Source of the DNA: Thermoplasmata archaeon UBA61
GTDB lineage: Archaea > Thermoplasmatota > Thermoplasmata > Lutacidiplasmatales > UBA184
Assembly: GCA_002503985.1 (NCBI GenBank)
Contig: DASW01000006.1
Location: 30,080-94,079 of the forward strand
Direction of reading: 5' to 3'
Length of the DNA stretch: 64,000 nt
Under the pieces are notes generated by a model. The model had not been told where the DNA came from and searched no databases. It saw nothing but the letters and a program-made list of their open reading frames with translations. Positions 1 through 10,077 of this stretch are shown piece by piece. The stretch's first letter is position 1, and the number at the start of each line of letters is the position of its first letter. The position numbers and the translations under genes were made by a program.

Positions 1-307
1 GAGGGCACCGACCGGCGCGCTCCTTGAGGAAGGTCGTCGCGAACTTCACCGCCTGGTCCCGGTCGGACTCGTGAGAGAGCAGGAACCCCCGCGCGAGCTC
101 CGTCAAGACCGCCCGCGTCGGCACGACTTCTTCGATCTGGTGGACCTCTTCGTCGAACGATCCGGGAGTCTCTTCGTTCGACGGGGCCATTTTGATGGAG
201 CGACCCGAGAGCGCGGCATAAAAGCAGACGGTCCAAGGGAAGGCGGAAGGTCAAACTGGGGAACCGTGGATTTTTTACCCTCCCGCTGACCTCGGTCCCA
301 CGAGACC

Positions 308-1699
308 ATGAGCGAGAGCACTCCCTCCTACGTTCCGCCCTCCGCGGTACCGTCGTCCGGTAAGCCGAAGCGCGGGGTCGTGCTGAAAACGCCGATCCCG
401 GGCCCGAAGGCCCAGAAGATCATCGCCCGCGACGAACGCTTCCTGATGACCAGTACGAAGACGTCACCGATCGTCGCCGCTTCCGGGGACGGGTGCTGGA
501 TCACCGACGTCGACGGGAACCGCCTCCTCGACTTCGCCTCGGGCGTGGCCGTCCAGGCGGTCGGGTACTCGCATCCCGACGTCGTCCGCGCCGTCCGCGA
601 ACAGGTCGGCAAGCTGACCCACTTCGCGGGGACGGACTTCTACTACGAGAACCAGACCCTCCTCGCCCAGAAACTGGTCCAGATCACCCCGGGGAACTAC
701 GAGAAGAAGGTGTTCTTCACCAACAGCGGCACCGAGAGCGCGGAGGCCGCGCTCAAGATGGTCCGCTGGAACCGACAGAAGCCGATCGTCATCGGCCTCA
801 TCGGCGCGTTCCACGGGCGGACGATGGGGTCGCTCACGATGACCACCTCGAAACCGGTCCAGCGCGCCCGGTTCGGGGCGTACGTCGGCGGCGGCCACCA
901 CATCCCCCCACCGAACTGCTACCGCTGCCCGTACAAGCTCGAGTACCCGAGCTGCGACCTCTACTGCGCGAAGATCCTCAAGGAGCTCTACTTCCAGACG
1001 TCGATCCCGCCTGAGGACGTCGCCGCGTTCCTCGCGGAGCCCGTCATGGGCGAGGGAGGCTACATCGTGCCGCCGAAGGGCTGGCACGCCGCCCTGAAGG
1101 CGATCCTGGACGAGTACAAGATCCTCCTCATCGACGACGAGGTCCAGGCCGGCATGGGACGCACGGGAAAGTGGTTCGCGATCGAGCACCACGGCGTCAC
1201 CCCGGACATCACGACGATGGCGAAGGCGCTCGGCGGGGGTCTGCCGCTCGGCGCGATCGCGTTCCGCAAGGAGCTCGATTTCACGACCCCGGGCTCGCAC
1301 TCGAACACCTTTGGTGGGAACCTCGCGGCGGTCGCGGCAGCCCAGGCCACGATCGAAGTGATCGAGAAGGAGCACCTCCTCGACAACGCACGCGACATGG
1401 GGAACTACCTGCTCTCCCGCCTCCGGGAGCTCCAGTCGAAGTTCTCCGAGGTCGGCGACGTCCGAGGCCTCGGGCTCATGACGGCCACCGAGTTCGTCAA
1501 GGACCGGAAGACGAAGGAGCCCGCCGTGGCGTTCCGCGACCGCGTCCTCGAGGAGGCGTACAAGCACGGCCTCATCCTCTTGCCGTGCGGCAAGTCCTCG
1601 ATCCGCTACATCCCGCCCCTCATCGTTCGCCGCGAGGAGATCGACGAGGCGGTGGAGATCCTCGAGGCGGCCCTCCGGACGGCGCACACCGCGGCATGA
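308..1699 (+). CDS. Class III PLP-dependent aminotransferase (4-aminobutyrate/acetylornithine aminotransferase family)
   Basis: 463-aa ORF. Motifs typical of class III aminotransferases: GAFHGRT, LIDDEVQAGMGRTGKWFA, and the PLP-lysine region TTMAKALGGGLP. Confidence 0.85.
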   Translation: MSESTPSYVPPSAVPSSGKPKRGVVLKTPIPGPKAQKIIARDERFLMTSTKTSPIVAASGDGCWITDVDGNRLLDFASGVAVQAVGYSHPDVVRAVREQVGKLTHFAGTDFYYENQTLLAQKLVQITPGNYEKKVFFTNSGTESAEAALKMVRWNRQKPIVIGLIGAFHGRTMGSLTMTTSKPVQRARFGAYVGGGHHIPPPNCYRCPYKLEYPSCDLYCAKILKELYFQTSIPPEDVAAFLAEPVMGEGGYIVPPKGWHAALKAILDEYKILLIDDEVQAGMGRTGKWFAIEHHGVTPDITTMAKALGGGLPLGAIAFRKELDFTTPGSHSNTFGGNLAAVAAAQATIEVIEKEHLLDNARDMGNYLLSRLRELQSKFSEVGDVRGLGLMTATEFVKDRKTKEPAVAFRDRVLEEAYKHGLILLPCGKSSIRYIPPLIVRREEIDEAVEILEAALRTAHTAA

Positions 1700-2739
1700 G
1701 GTTCGGTCGGCTCGCGGGCCCGGGGACCGTCGTCGTCGAAGAGCGGCCCGAGCCGACGCCGGGCCCGGGCGAGGTCACGGTCACGCTCGCCGCGTGCGGG
1801 GTCTGCGGTACCGACCTTGAGAAGCTGCGGGGGAACTACCGCACCGCCGGCGTCATCGGGCACGAACCGGTCGGCCGGGTCGCGAAGGTGGGGGACGGCG
1901 TCTCCGACCTCTCGGTCGGGGACCGCGTCTTCGTCCACCACCACGTCCCGTGCTACTCGTGCGAGGTGTGCGCTCGGGGCGACTACACGTTCTGCCCCAC
2001 GTACTCGAAGACCAACATCGACCCGGGCGGGTTCGCGGACACGTTCCGGGTCCCGCGCGAGAACGTCGAGCGGAAGGCGGTCCTCAAGCTGGACCCCAAG
2101 GTCGACTGGGACTCGGGCGCTCTCCTCGAGCCGGCCGGGTGCGCCTTCACGGCGATCCGGAAGGTCGCGATGCCCGAGCGGGCGACCGTCTTCATCCTGG
2201 GTCTAGGACCCGTCGGTCTGCTCTATGCCCGTCTGGTCCGGGCGCTCGGAGCGTCGTGGGTGGGCGGGACCGAGGTCTCGCCGCTTCGACGCGCCGCGGC
2301 GGAGCGAGGAGGCATCGACGTGACCCTGGACCCGAGGGATCCAGCGAGCGTCCGGGCGGCGGTCGACTCCGCCACGAAGGGACGCGGCGTCGACCTAGCG
2401 GTCGTGGCGACCGGCCACCCTTCGGTCGCGAAGTCCGCGACCGAGCTCGTGCGGCGCGGTGGCACGGTGAACTTCTTCGGCCTCCCCGAAGCCGGGAGCC
2501 GCCTGGACGCGGACCTCCAGGACCTCTATCTTCGCGGGGTCCGCCTGATCCCATCGTACGCGACCACCGAGCCCGACCTCGCGGAAGTGCACCGGCTCGT
2601 GGCGCACGGGGAGCTCTCGATCGCCGACCTCGTGACCCACCGCGTGCCGCTCGCGCGGGTCGCCGAGGCGTTCCGCCTCGCGGGCCGACCGGACGAAGCC
2701 GTGAAAGTGACCGTCACCGGGGCCGCGTCGGCTGAGTAG
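1696..2739 (+). CDS. Zn-dependent alcohol/threonine dehydrogenase (MDR superfamily)
   Basis: The ATG at 1696 overlaps the upstream stop (ATGA). Shows a GroES-like N-terminus with the C..GHE..G zinc site (CGVCGTDL, GHEPVG), a structural Zn Cys cluster (CYSCEVCARGDYTFC) and a Rossmann GxGxxG (ILGLGPVG). The listed longer ORF (1171-2739) is an upstream in-frame read-through and was rejected. Confidence 0.8.
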   Translation: MRFGRLAGPGTVVVEERPEPTPGPGEVTVTLAACGVCGTDLEKLRGNYRTAGVIGHEPVGRVAKVGDGVSDLSVGDRVFVHHHVPCYSCEVCARGDYTFCPTYSKTNIDPGGFADTFRVPRENVERKAVLKLDPKVDWDSGALLEPAGCAFTAIRKVAMPERATVFILGLGPVGLLYARLVRALGASWVGGTEVSPLRRAAAERGGIDVTLDPRDPASVRAAVDSATKGRGVDLAVVATGHPSVAKSATELVRRGGTVNFFGLPEAGSRLDADLQDLYLRGVRLIPSYATTEPDLAEVHRLVAHGELSIADLVTHRVPLARVAEAFRLAGRPDEAVKVTVTGAASAE

Positions 2740-2751
2740 GGGTCGGGCGGT

Positions 2752-3726
2752 TCAGGCCTCGACTCCCTCGCCGAGCACCTGGCCGACCAGGCTGTGGCCC
2801 GAGCGGACCCGAACTTTCGGTCCGAGGACGCTCGCTCGGACGCTCGCGTCCTTCTCGACCACGACGCCTTCCATCAGGATCGAGTTCTCGACATGCGCCC
2901 CGGCCTCCACGGTCGCCCCCGGGCCGAGCGTGACGTAGGGACCGAACGACGCGCCGCTCGCGCGGGCCCCCGTCATGAGGGCAACAGGCCCCTTCCCGAA
3001 CGTACCGCTCGGAAGCGCTCCCTTCCCGCCGCGGCCATCGTCGAAGAGGAGACGCTGCGACCGGAGAAGACGCTCCGGGGTCCCGGCGTCGTCGAAGTAC
3101 CCCGACATCCGGAACCCATACACCCGTCGGTCGAGCAGTCCCGGCACGATCTCCCGCTCGAAGCTCACGGCCCGACCGCTCGGGACGGCGTCGAGCACCT
3201 CGCGGTTCCAGATGGCGAACCCCGCATTGATCCAACGGGAAGGGGCGTCCGCGAGCTCGGGCTTCTCCACGAACGCGAGGATCCGGTCGTCGGCGTCCAG
3301 CGCCGCGACCCCGTACGGTCGGGGGTCCTCGACCTCGGAAAGGCCCATCGTACCGATCCCCCCGTGGGCCGCGTGCTGCTTCGCCATCTCGAGGAAGTCG
3401 ACCCGGGCGATGACGTCCGAGTTGAGGAGGAAGAACGGGTCGCTCATCCCATCGCCCGCGTTCTTCATCCCTCCCCCGGTCCCGAGCGGCGTCGCTTCGG
3501 GAACCGTCCGGAGGGGCAACCGGGCCGGATGCGCGCGGACGTACGCGTCGATCATCCCGGCCTTGTAGCCGGTCGCGAGAACGACCTCCTCGACGTCGTT
3601 CGGCAGGAGGTCGAGCACATGGTAGAGCATCGGCTTGCCGGCGAGCGGGATGAGCTGCTTCGGGAGACTGTACGTGATCGGACGGAGTCGGGTTCCGAAC
3701 CCGCCGATCAGCATCAGCGCCTTCAT
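2752..3726 (-). CDS. Sugar-phosphate nucleotidyltransferase with C-terminal left-handed beta-helix (hexapeptide) domain
   Basis: N-terminus MKALMLIGGFGTRLRPITYSLPKQLIPLAGKPM is a classic NTP-transferase G-x-G-T-R-L signature. The C-terminal region has hexapeptide-like repeats. Confidence 0.75.
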   Translation of the reverse strand: MKALMLIGGFGTRLRPITYSLPKQLIPLAGKPMLYHVLDLLPNDVEEVVLATGYKAGMIDAYVRAHPARLPLRTVPEATPLGTGGGMKNAGDGMSDPFFLLNSDVIARVDFLEMAKQHAAHGGIGTMGLSEVEDPRPYGVAALDADDRILAFVEKPELADAPSRWINAGFAIWNREVLDAVPSGRAVSFEREIVPGLLDRRVYGFRMSGYFDDAGTPERLLRSQRLLFDDGRGGKGALPSGTFGKGPVALMTGARASGASFGPYVTLGPGATVEAGAHVENSILMEGVVVEKDASVRASVLGPKVRVRSGHSLVGQVLGEGVEA

Positions 3727-3895
3727 CGCGGAGGGGCAAGGCGACCGACCTGACTAATCCCCTTCGGGTTCCCTCCCAGCGCCGGACCGGCCCGGCCTCT
3801 GGGGGGCCTGCGACCATCACCTACCGAGAGGCCTATCAGCCCCACGACACGCCCCAGCGAACCGATATCAACCCGCTTCGCCTGCGGTCCGGACG

Positions 3896-4351
3896 ATGGT
3901 ATTCCGGTCGGTTCTGGTGGCGGACGACATGCTCGACGCCTCCCAGGCAGCGCTGGACGAAGCGGTGAACCTGGCCAAGCTCGCGCGGGCGAAGCTGACG
4001 ATCGTGACCGTCGTCTCGGTGGTCTCTCCCTCGTTCGGAGTTCCGGTCCCGATCGGCGACTCGTTCGCCGCGCTGCTCGAGTCCGCGACGAAGCGGCTCG
4101 GGGCCCTCAAGGCCCGGTTGCTCACGGAGGGGCTCAGCGAGGTGGACACCGCCCTCCTCGAGGGGAACCCGGTCGACCGGGTGGTGGAGTTCGCCGAGAA
4201 GCTTCACCCGGACGTCATCGTCGTCGGCTCGCGCGGTTTGTCAACGGCCGGTCGGTTCCTCCTCGGGAGCGTCTCCGACGGCATCCTTCACCACGTGCAC
4301 TGCTCGGTGCTCGTCGTGAAAGTCCACGCCGCTCCGAAGGCCCCGTCCTAG
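3896..4351 (+). CDS. Universal stress protein (UspA family)
   Basis: 151 aa. Ends with the VVGSRG....GSVS....H....VLVV motif typical of the UspA ATP-binding fold. Confidence 0.8.
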   Translation: MVFRSVLVADDMLDASQAALDEAVNLAKLARAKLTIVTVVSVVSPSFGVPVPIGDSFAALLESATKRLGALKARLLTEGLSEVDTALLEGNPVDRVVEFAEKLHPDVIVVGSRGLSTAGRFLLGSVSDGILHHVHCSVLVVKVHAAPKAPS

Positions 4352-4400
4352 ACCCAAAACCCGCCCGCGCTCGCCTCAAGGGCGGGACGCCGGCCGGGAT

Positions 4401-5105
4401 TCAGTGGGATCTCGACCGACGCTTGCGAACTTGCGACGCGTGCCACGCCACGAGCTTGCGGGCGTTCGCTTCCTCAAGGTCCACCAATCGCTCCAACTCG
4501 ACGATCGGCCGACGGTGCTGGTCGACCCGAAGGTTGAGCCACTGGTCCCCCCAGGCGCGTTCAAACCACGGTCGTCGGTGAACCACGATCAGGGCGGCGG
4601 ACTCCATCCCGCGACGGTCTCCCCCTTCCGCGGCACCGGCCCGAAGGGTCGCGAGCATCCGCCGAGCGAGCGAGCCGCGGGTTGATTCGAACGCGGCGGC
4701 CATCGCGGGAACGACCTCGTCCGCCGCGAGGAGGTTGCCCTGGCAGGAGAACCCCTCGCCCACGATATGGCTCGCGCTGGCAAGACACTTCTTCCCCGTC
4801 CAGGCGGCGGCGCGGCCCCGGCGGTCGACGACGCCGAGCTGTCGGTGCTCTCGCTGGGAGTCCTCGCGGGTCAGTCGGTCGACGACCTCGGTGGCGGTAG
4901 CGCCCTTCCTCAGGAGGGCGAGCCCGCTCGGACCGTACTGGTAGTTCGACATGGCCTGCGTCGCGATGGCGCCGACCCGCCATTCGGCCCAAGGCACGAC
5001 GGCGCCTACTGCGAGCGGCTTGGTGGAAACGGCCGCTCCCCAGTAGACCCGCTCGGGGTCGCACGCGACGATCGAGAACGTCCCCCACGAACGTTGGCCG
5101 TACAT
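4401..5105 (-). CDS. DUF1028-family (Ntn-hydrolase-like) protein
   Basis: N-terminal GTFSIVACDPE matches the characteristic TFSIVA.D start of DUF1028 proteins. 234 aa. Confidence 0.55.
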   Translation of the reverse strand: MYGQRSWGTFSIVACDPERVYWGAAVSTKPLAVGAVVPWAEWRVGAIATQAMSNYQYGPSGLALLRKGATATEVVDRLTREDSQREHRQLGVVDRRGRAAAWTGKKCLASASHIVGEGFSCQGNLLAADEVVPAMAAAFESTRGSLARRMLATLRAGAAEGGDRRGMESAALIVVHRRPWFERAWGDQWLNLRVDQHRRPIVELERLVDLEEANARKLVAWHASQVRKRRSRSH

Positions 5106-5159
5106 GGTCGGGGCAGGCCGAGGTGGCTCATGTAGCGAGCGGTGGGAGGACGGATTTCC

Positions 5160-5678
5160 TCAGCCCTCGAACGGAGCCCCGCACGTCGTGCACCGGGTCG
5201 CGGGGGGAGGGCTCTGCTTTCCGCAGTAGTCGCAGTGAAGGTTGGCCGGCACCCCGCCTCTTCCCGCTCCCATCGCCCCTGGGGGAGGAGGCGGCGCCGA
5301 AGCCCGGGCCTGGCGGATCGCCGGTGCCCAGGCATCGGCCTCGCTCGTCCGAAGCAGGAAGCTGCGTTGAAGGAGCTGAACGCCGAGGTCGTTGCCCGAA
5401 GGGCCCGGGATCGCGGCGGCCCCACGGCAACGCCAGAGCGCGATCCGCAGGGTTCCGGGCACCAGGACCGGCGGACCCGCTCCTCGCTGCGCGGCCCAAG
5501 CCCGTCGACGCATCGGGCCGCCCCCCATCCCGGCGCCGGGCGGACGCGGCGGCACCGGTCCGTCGAAGATGAGCGCGTGGTTCGTGAGCGTGAGGACCCC
5601 TGCGCGCTCGCCCTCGCGGCCGACCCAGCGCACTGGTCCGGTCTTGAGCACGGTCTCCCCCGGTTCGAGCTCGACCAT
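5160..5678 (-). CDS. Hypothetical protein, bacterial-PH-like N-domain with C-terminal zinc ribbon
   Basis: N-terminus LEPGETVL....V.W......G.LTLTNHALIF resembles the bPH/YokE-type PH domain. C-terminal CDYCG...CTTCG forms a C4 ribbon. GC-rich genomes give many spurious ORFs, so confidence is modest. Confidence 0.4.
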   Translation of the reverse strand: MVELEPGETVLKTGPVRWVGREGERAGVLTLTNHALIFDGPVPPRPPGAGMGGGPMRRRAWAAQRGAGPPVLVPGTLRIALWRCRGAAAIPGPSGNDLGVQLLQRSFLLRTSEADAWAPAIRQARASAPPPPPGAMGAGRGGVPANLHCDYCGKQSPPPATRCTTCGAPFEG

Positions 5679-5776
5679 GGGCTAGATGTTCTGAGCGAGG
5701 TCGTGGGTAAGAATCTAGCTCCCGAGGATCCCCGCGGCCATCGACACAAGACTGTCCCGCGCGGCTGGGGACCGGT

Positions 5777-6178
5777 TCACCCTTCGAGGTAGCGACGGAG
5801 CGGTGTCCAGTAGTACTGCTTCCAGCCCTCGCGGATGTCGACGAAGTCGGAGGCAGGGATCCCGAACTGCTCGAACGTGATGCGCGTTCCTCCCCGAACC
5901 TTGTCGAGGCCGAACTGGGCGATCGAGTAGTGGCCCTTCGGCCATCCTTCCGAACGCCAGGCGAGCACGAGACGGTGCCCACGCTCGGCGGCGACCACGA
6001 CACCGGTCAGGGAACGGTCGTAGAGCGAGAACGCGCTCCCGACCCGACTCGAGATCTTCGCCGCGCCCCCGGTGAACGTGGCGTGTTGGACCGGGTCCAC
6101 CAGGGCATCGTAGACCGCGTTCGGGGTCGCCTTGATCGTCGTGGTCTGCCGTAGGTTCCGTACCGCCATCGTTTCCAC
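5777..6178 (-). CDS. SRPBCC-superfamily protein (AHSA1/polyketide-cyclase-like)
   Basis: 133 aa. The pattern TTIKATPNAVYDALVDP....W is typical of the SRPBCC/Aha1-like fold. Confidence 0.6.
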   Translation of the reverse strand: METMAVRNLRQTTTIKATPNAVYDALVDPVQHATFTGGAAKISSRVGSAFSLYDRSLTGVVVAAERGHRLVLAWRSEGWPKGHYSIAQFGLDKVRGGTRITFEQFGIPASDFVDIREGWKQYYWTPLRRYLEG

Positions 6179-6270
6179 CTTTGGTTCGCGTCTGGGCCGG
6201 TCCGTTCGATGCCCTTCCGGGCGCTCGAGGAACTCGGCTCGACCGGTGCGGGGGGGTAGTCGGCCCCTTT

Positions 6271-7671
6271 CTAAGGTTTCCTGGGAGCGAACCGGGCCAT
6301 GAAGTGGGGCAACCGCTCCGGTCGGTAGGTCATCGTGAGGCCCCTAATCGTCGCCCGACGCTCGTAGACCCGTCCCACCACGTCGCCGACGAACGCCAGA
6401 TGGCTCGCCGAGTAGACGCGACGGGGGATCGCCAGCCGGACGAGCTCGAGCGGCCTCTGCTTCTGCGACCCCTCGGGGAACATGATCGCGCCCACCTCTA
6501 CGGTGCGGACGCCGCCCTCCCGGTAGAGTTCCACGGCGAGGGCCTGCCCGGGGAGGTCATCGTCCCCGAGATGCGGAAGGAACCGGTCCACGTCGAGGTA
6601 GATAGCGTGGCCTCCCACCGGATGCAGGAACGGAACGCCGCGCTGGTCCAATAGGGCCCCAAGGTAGCGAACCTGGCCGATCCGGTGCTCGAGATACTCT
6701 AGGTCCATCCCCTCCTCGAGCCCGACCGTCATCGCCTCGAGGTCCCGCCGGGCGAGGCCACCGTACGTCGGGAACCCCTCGAAGAGAATGAGCGCCTCCT
6801 TGAGCCGATCGGCGAGCGTCGCGTCGCGGACCGCGACGAACCCCCCGATGTTCACGAGGCCGTCCTTCTTTGCGCTCATCGTCGCCCCGTCCGCGAGGTC
6901 GAAGAACGCGCGGCCGATCTCCGCGATCGTCCGCGATCCCATTCCGGGTTCGCGCTCCCGAACGAAGTAGGCATTCTCGGCCCACCGGCACATGTCGAGG
7001 TAGACCGGGACGCCGTGGGCGTGGGCCACCCGGGCTACCTCGGTGAAGTTCGCCAGCGAGACCGGCTGGCCGCCGCCGGTGTTGTTCGTGATCGTCACCA
7101 TGACGAGCGGGACCCGTTCCTTTCCTTCGACCGTCAGGAGGCGGTCGAGCGCCGCGGTGTCGACGTTCCCCTTGAACGGGAAGTCGCTCACGGCGTCGTA
7201 CGCTTCCGCCACGGCGAGGTTGACCGGCGTGCCGCCGGCGTGCACGACGTGCGCCTGGGTCGTGTCAAAATGCATGTTGTTCGGGACGATGTGACCCGGG
7301 TGGCACAGGGTCGAGAACAGGAGGTGCTCCGCAGCGCGCCCCTGGTGAGCGGGGACGATGTGAGGGAATCCGGTGATCTCGTGGACCTTCGCTTCGAAGT
7401 GGGCAAAGTTCCGGCTCCCCGCGTACGTCTCGTCGCCCACCATCATCGCGGCCCACTGCCGGTCGCTCATCGCGCCGGTCCCCGAGTCGGTCAGGAGGTC
7501 GATCCGCACCTCGTCCGACCGGAGGTTGAAAAGATTGAACCCGGCGCGCTCGAGGGCTGCCTCACGTTGGCGGCGGGTCGGGTTGGGCAGCCGCTCGACG
7601 ACCTTCGTCTTGAACGGCTCGAACGGCAACGCCACGTCCCGAGAGGGCATGTAGGATTGGACCGGACCCAT
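6271..7671 (-). CDS. Tryptophanase / tyrosine phenol-lyase family (beta-eliminating lyase, PLP)
   Basis: 466 aa. N-terminal FEPFKTKVVE...R.EAL..AGFNLFNLRSDEV.IDLLTDSGTGAMSD.QWA is collinear with TnaA/TPL, and the length matches. Confidence 0.8.
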   Translation of the reverse strand: MGPVQSYMPSRDVALPFEPFKTKVVERLPNPTRRQREAALERAGFNLFNLRSDEVRIDLLTDSGTGAMSDRQWAAMMVGDETYAGSRNFAHFEAKVHEITGFPHIVPAHQGRAAEHLLFSTLCHPGHIVPNNMHFDTTQAHVVHAGGTPVNLAVAEAYDAVSDFPFKGNVDTAALDRLLTVEGKERVPLVMVTITNNTGGGQPVSLANFTEVARVAHAHGVPVYLDMCRWAENAYFVREREPGMGSRTIAEIGRAFFDLADGATMSAKKDGLVNIGGFVAVRDATLADRLKEALILFEGFPTYGGLARRDLEAMTVGLEEGMDLEYLEHRIGQVRYLGALLDQRGVPFLHPVGGHAIYLDVDRFLPHLGDDDLPGQALAVELYREGGVRTVEVGAIMFPEGSQKQRPLELVRLAIPRRVYSASHLAFVGDVVGRVYERRATIRGLTMTYRPERLPHFMARFAPRKP

Positions 7672-7795
7672 CTATTTGAGGCCGTGCGGACCGGTGGACG
7701 TGAGCCGAGCATGCCTCGACCGGCCCCCCTTTGCTTCTGGTGGGCACCGAACGGGGTTGAACGATGTCGTACGAGATTCTTAAGAGGGAGCGCCG

Positions 7796-8482
7796 ATGGG
7801 GGCGAGGAGTTCCATGGGCGCACCAATCGCGTACTCAATGCCGCCACCAATGGCCGCCGAGCCACCGGAAGTGCAGTCGATCAAGTCGATGCTGCACCTC
7901 GCGAAGCTGCTGGCCATCATCGTCGGGATTCTCTTCCTGCTCGGCGGTATCGCGTACGCGGCGTTCCTAGCCTTCGCCTCAACCGTCTGTTCCGGATACG
8001 ATGCGTACTGCGGAGGCGCCGTTATCGGGGCCCTCATCGGCGCCATCTGGATCGTGATCGGGGGCGTCGTCGCGATCATCGTCTACATGCAGATGAACTC
8101 GATCGAGGCGAAGGTCAACGACCACCAGTACGAGGCGGCGAAGTCGCAGACCCTGATCTGGATGGTCCTCGGGTTCATCTTCGGCATCCTGCTCGGCATC
8201 ATCCTGCTGATCGCGTGGCTCAAGTTCGACCCGGTGATCGCCTGGCAGCGAAACCAGGGCGGTGCCCCACCGGCCGGCTACACGCAGTACGCCACTCCGG
8301 TCTATGCCGCTCCTCCCGCGGCGGCCCCCGTGTATGCCGCCCCGGTAGCGCCACCCCCCGCTCCGCCGGCAGCTCCTCCGGCCGCGCCGGCGGCGCCGTT
8401 CTGCGTAAAGTGTGGCAAGCCGACCACGTACATCGCGCAGTACGGCCGGTACTACTGCTACGCGGACAACCTGTACGTGTAG
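7796..8482 (+). CDS. Membrane protein with Pro/Ala-rich linker and C-terminal zinc ribbon
   Basis: Has 3-4 predicted TM helices, a PPAAPVYAAPVAPPPAPPAAPP low-complexity linker, and a CVKCGKP...YYCYADN ribbon at the C-terminus. Confidence 0.45.
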   Translation: MGARSSMGAPIAYSMPPPMAAEPPEVQSIKSMLHLAKLLAIIVGILFLLGGIAYAAFLAFASTVCSGYDAYCGGAVIGALIGAIWIVIGGVVAIIVYMQMNSIEAKVNDHQYEAAKSQTLIWMVLGFIFGILLGIILLIAWLKFDPVIAWQRNQGGAPPAGYTQYATPVYAAPPAAAPVYAAPVAPPPAPPAAPPAAPAAPFCVKCGKPTTYIAQYGRYYCYADNLYV

Positions 8483-8597
8483 GGTCGTCCCCGCAAGGGG
8501 ACAGGTCAGCGCCGCCCCGACCTGAGGGCGCCGTCACGGTACGGCGGCGCGGGCCACCTACCTTCGGCTCCCCACGACTCCCGTGAGGCGGGTGCCG

Positions 8598-9398
8598 TCA
8601 CGACCGGGTGAGTTCCTTTTGGAGCTCCACGAAGAACGAGTCCCGGGCGTACCGTTCCCACCACGGCTCGTGACCGCATCGCTCGAGAACGATCACGCGT
8701 GGGTCCACGCCGGCCCGACGAAGGGGTTCCACCACCCCCTGGAGGGGGTGAGGGTCCGCCGTGCCATGGAGCACGACGATCGGAGCCTTGACATGCCGGA
8801 GCGCGCGGACCAATGCCCCGGACTTCCGCATCTCGTCCGCCTCTGTCCACACGGAGCGGAACGTGGCCGTGTCGGTCTCCGCCTCCGCCGGCGGATGGGG
8901 CAAGAGCTCGTACGAGTCCGCGATCTCCGCTAGCTCTCCCAAACGGCGCAGCGCGGAGGGAGGGGTCCGTGACAACGGGTCCGCGAGCCGGTGCTCGATC
9001 TCCACGAACTCCTGCCACTGGGACCGGGTGAGCCGTTTCCGTCGGTGACGATAGACCTCGGCCGCGTACCTTACCTGGAACGGGCCCGACCCGACCAAGA
9101 CGACCTGACGAACCTTCTCCGGGTGCTCGCCGGCAACGAGGAGCACGAGCCAAGCGCCCCAGGAATGGCCCACGAGCGCCACCGGTGGGGAGGCCCACGC
9201 ATCGATCTGGTCCGAGAGCTCCTGTACCTGGCCCGAGACCGTTCGAGCGGTCTGCCACGGTTCGAGCACGCCCAGGCGGGCGCCGAGCACCTGGGCCACG
9301 GGGGCCATCGACCCTGGAGCCCCGGGGCCTCCGTGGACCACCACCGTGGCGAACGGCGCTCGTCCGTAGCGTCGCGGAGCTTGGGGCTTCGACGTCAT
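8598..9398 (-). CDS. Alpha/beta-hydrolase fold protein
   Basis: Nucleophile elbow LVGHSWGAWLV. The start was chosen at MTSKPQ (ATG 9398..9396), which overlaps the upstream stop by 4 nt (ATGA). The alternative start at 9443 is also possible. Confidence 0.7.
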   Translation of the reverse strand: MTSKPQAPRRYGRAPFATVVVHGGPGAPGSMAPVAQVLGARLGVLEPWQTARTVSGQVQELSDQIDAWASPPVALVGHSWGAWLVLLVAGEHPEKVRQVVLVGSGPFQVRYAAEVYRHRRKRLTRSQWQEFVEIEHRLADPLSRTPPSALRRLGELAEIADSYELLPHPPAEAETDTATFRSVWTEADEMRKSGALVRALRHVKAPIVVLHGTADPHPLQGVVEPLRRAGVDPRVIVLERCGHEPWWERYARDSFFVELQKELTRS

Positions 9399-9859
9399 GC
9401 CGGTCCCACGGGGGCCGGGGTGCCATGAAGCGCCGGCGCCCAACCGAGCCCTCGGAGGCGCTTGTCTACCTCCTCGAAGGCGTGGAGGTGGTGGCCGCAG
9501 AACTCGACCTCGCGGACCGCGGCGCCGTCCCGGTGGTTCCCGCGCTCCATCCCCCGGATGGTGCAGCGGAACTCCGCGGGCAGCGTGCAGGTCACGTCGA
9601 TGTCGGAAACCTCGTAGTGCGAGAAGTATCCGGCGGGGATCGAATGGCGGAAGGCCGTTCGGACATCACAGAGGCCCATGGGGGTCGCCTTCCCTAGCGA
9701 ATACAAGGCTCCTGCGCTCAAGTCCCCGGCGGTTCGGAGAACTAGCCGGCGCTCCCCGCGGTAGCGCGTTGGCCTAGGGTCCGGCATGAGAACGACGGAC
9801 CGCGGGCGTTGGAGCGGCGTAGGGGTCTCAGAATTCGAAGGAAATGGTTCACCCGCCAC
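9395..9859 (-). CDS. Hypothetical protein (Cys/His-rich, possible T-fold or metal-binding)
   Basis: 154-aa ORF whose stop overlaps the downstream hydrolase start. Contains C..H clusters (CDVRTAFRH, CGHHLH). No family assigned, and the start is uncertain. Confidence 0.3.
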   Translation of the reverse strand: MAGEPFPSNSETPTPLQRPRSVVLMPDPRPTRYRGERRLVLRTAGDLSAGALYSLGKATPMGLCDVRTAFRHSIPAGYFSHYEVSDIDVTCTLPAEFRCTIRGMERGNHRDGAAVREVEFCGHHLHAFEEVDKRLRGLGWAPALHGTPAPVGPA

Positions 9860-10050
9860 TCCCGAAGGGGCGGCGGGTGGCGGCGCTTTCGCGCCTACGC
9901 GGTCGCTGTCGGCTCAGGGGCCGGGTCGGCTTCGTGCTCGGTCTTCCTCGGAGTGCCGAACGACCGCAGGTGACGGCCCCAGCGGACCCGGAGGCGCTCC
10001 TTGTGGGGCGCTCCCGAGACCACCGCGGCTACCCAACGGCAGTCCTCGCG

Positions 10051-10077
10051 CGGGAATTCGCGGGCGGCGAATTCCCG
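10051..10077. other. Perfect 11-bp inverted repeat (hairpin) in a long non-coding region
   Basis: cgggaattcgc-gggcg-gcgaattcccg. The stems are at 10051-10061 and 10067-10077 with a 5-nt loop. Confidence 0.6.

Noticed and set aside
464-1687. A long antisense ORF (407 aa) opposite the aminotransferase. Similar antisense ORFs lie opposite metG (20690-22126), valS (44449-46488), the thermosome gene (37784-39808) and others.
   Set aside because: They are Arg/Asp/Glu/Gly-rich and have no motifs. They sit opposite strongly supported genes. This is the expected artefact of high GC content.
1171-1695. A 5' extension of the alcohol dehydrogenase ORF that overlaps the aminotransferase gene
   Set aside because: It is an Arg/Pro-rich read-through in a GC-rich alternative frame. 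The conserved ADH N-terminus begins at ATG 1696, which is ATGA-coupled to the upstream stop.
6181-6654. A 157-aa plus-strand ORF inside the tryptophanase locus
   Set aside because: It is antisense to the well-supported tryptophanase-family gene, and its composition is low-complexity.
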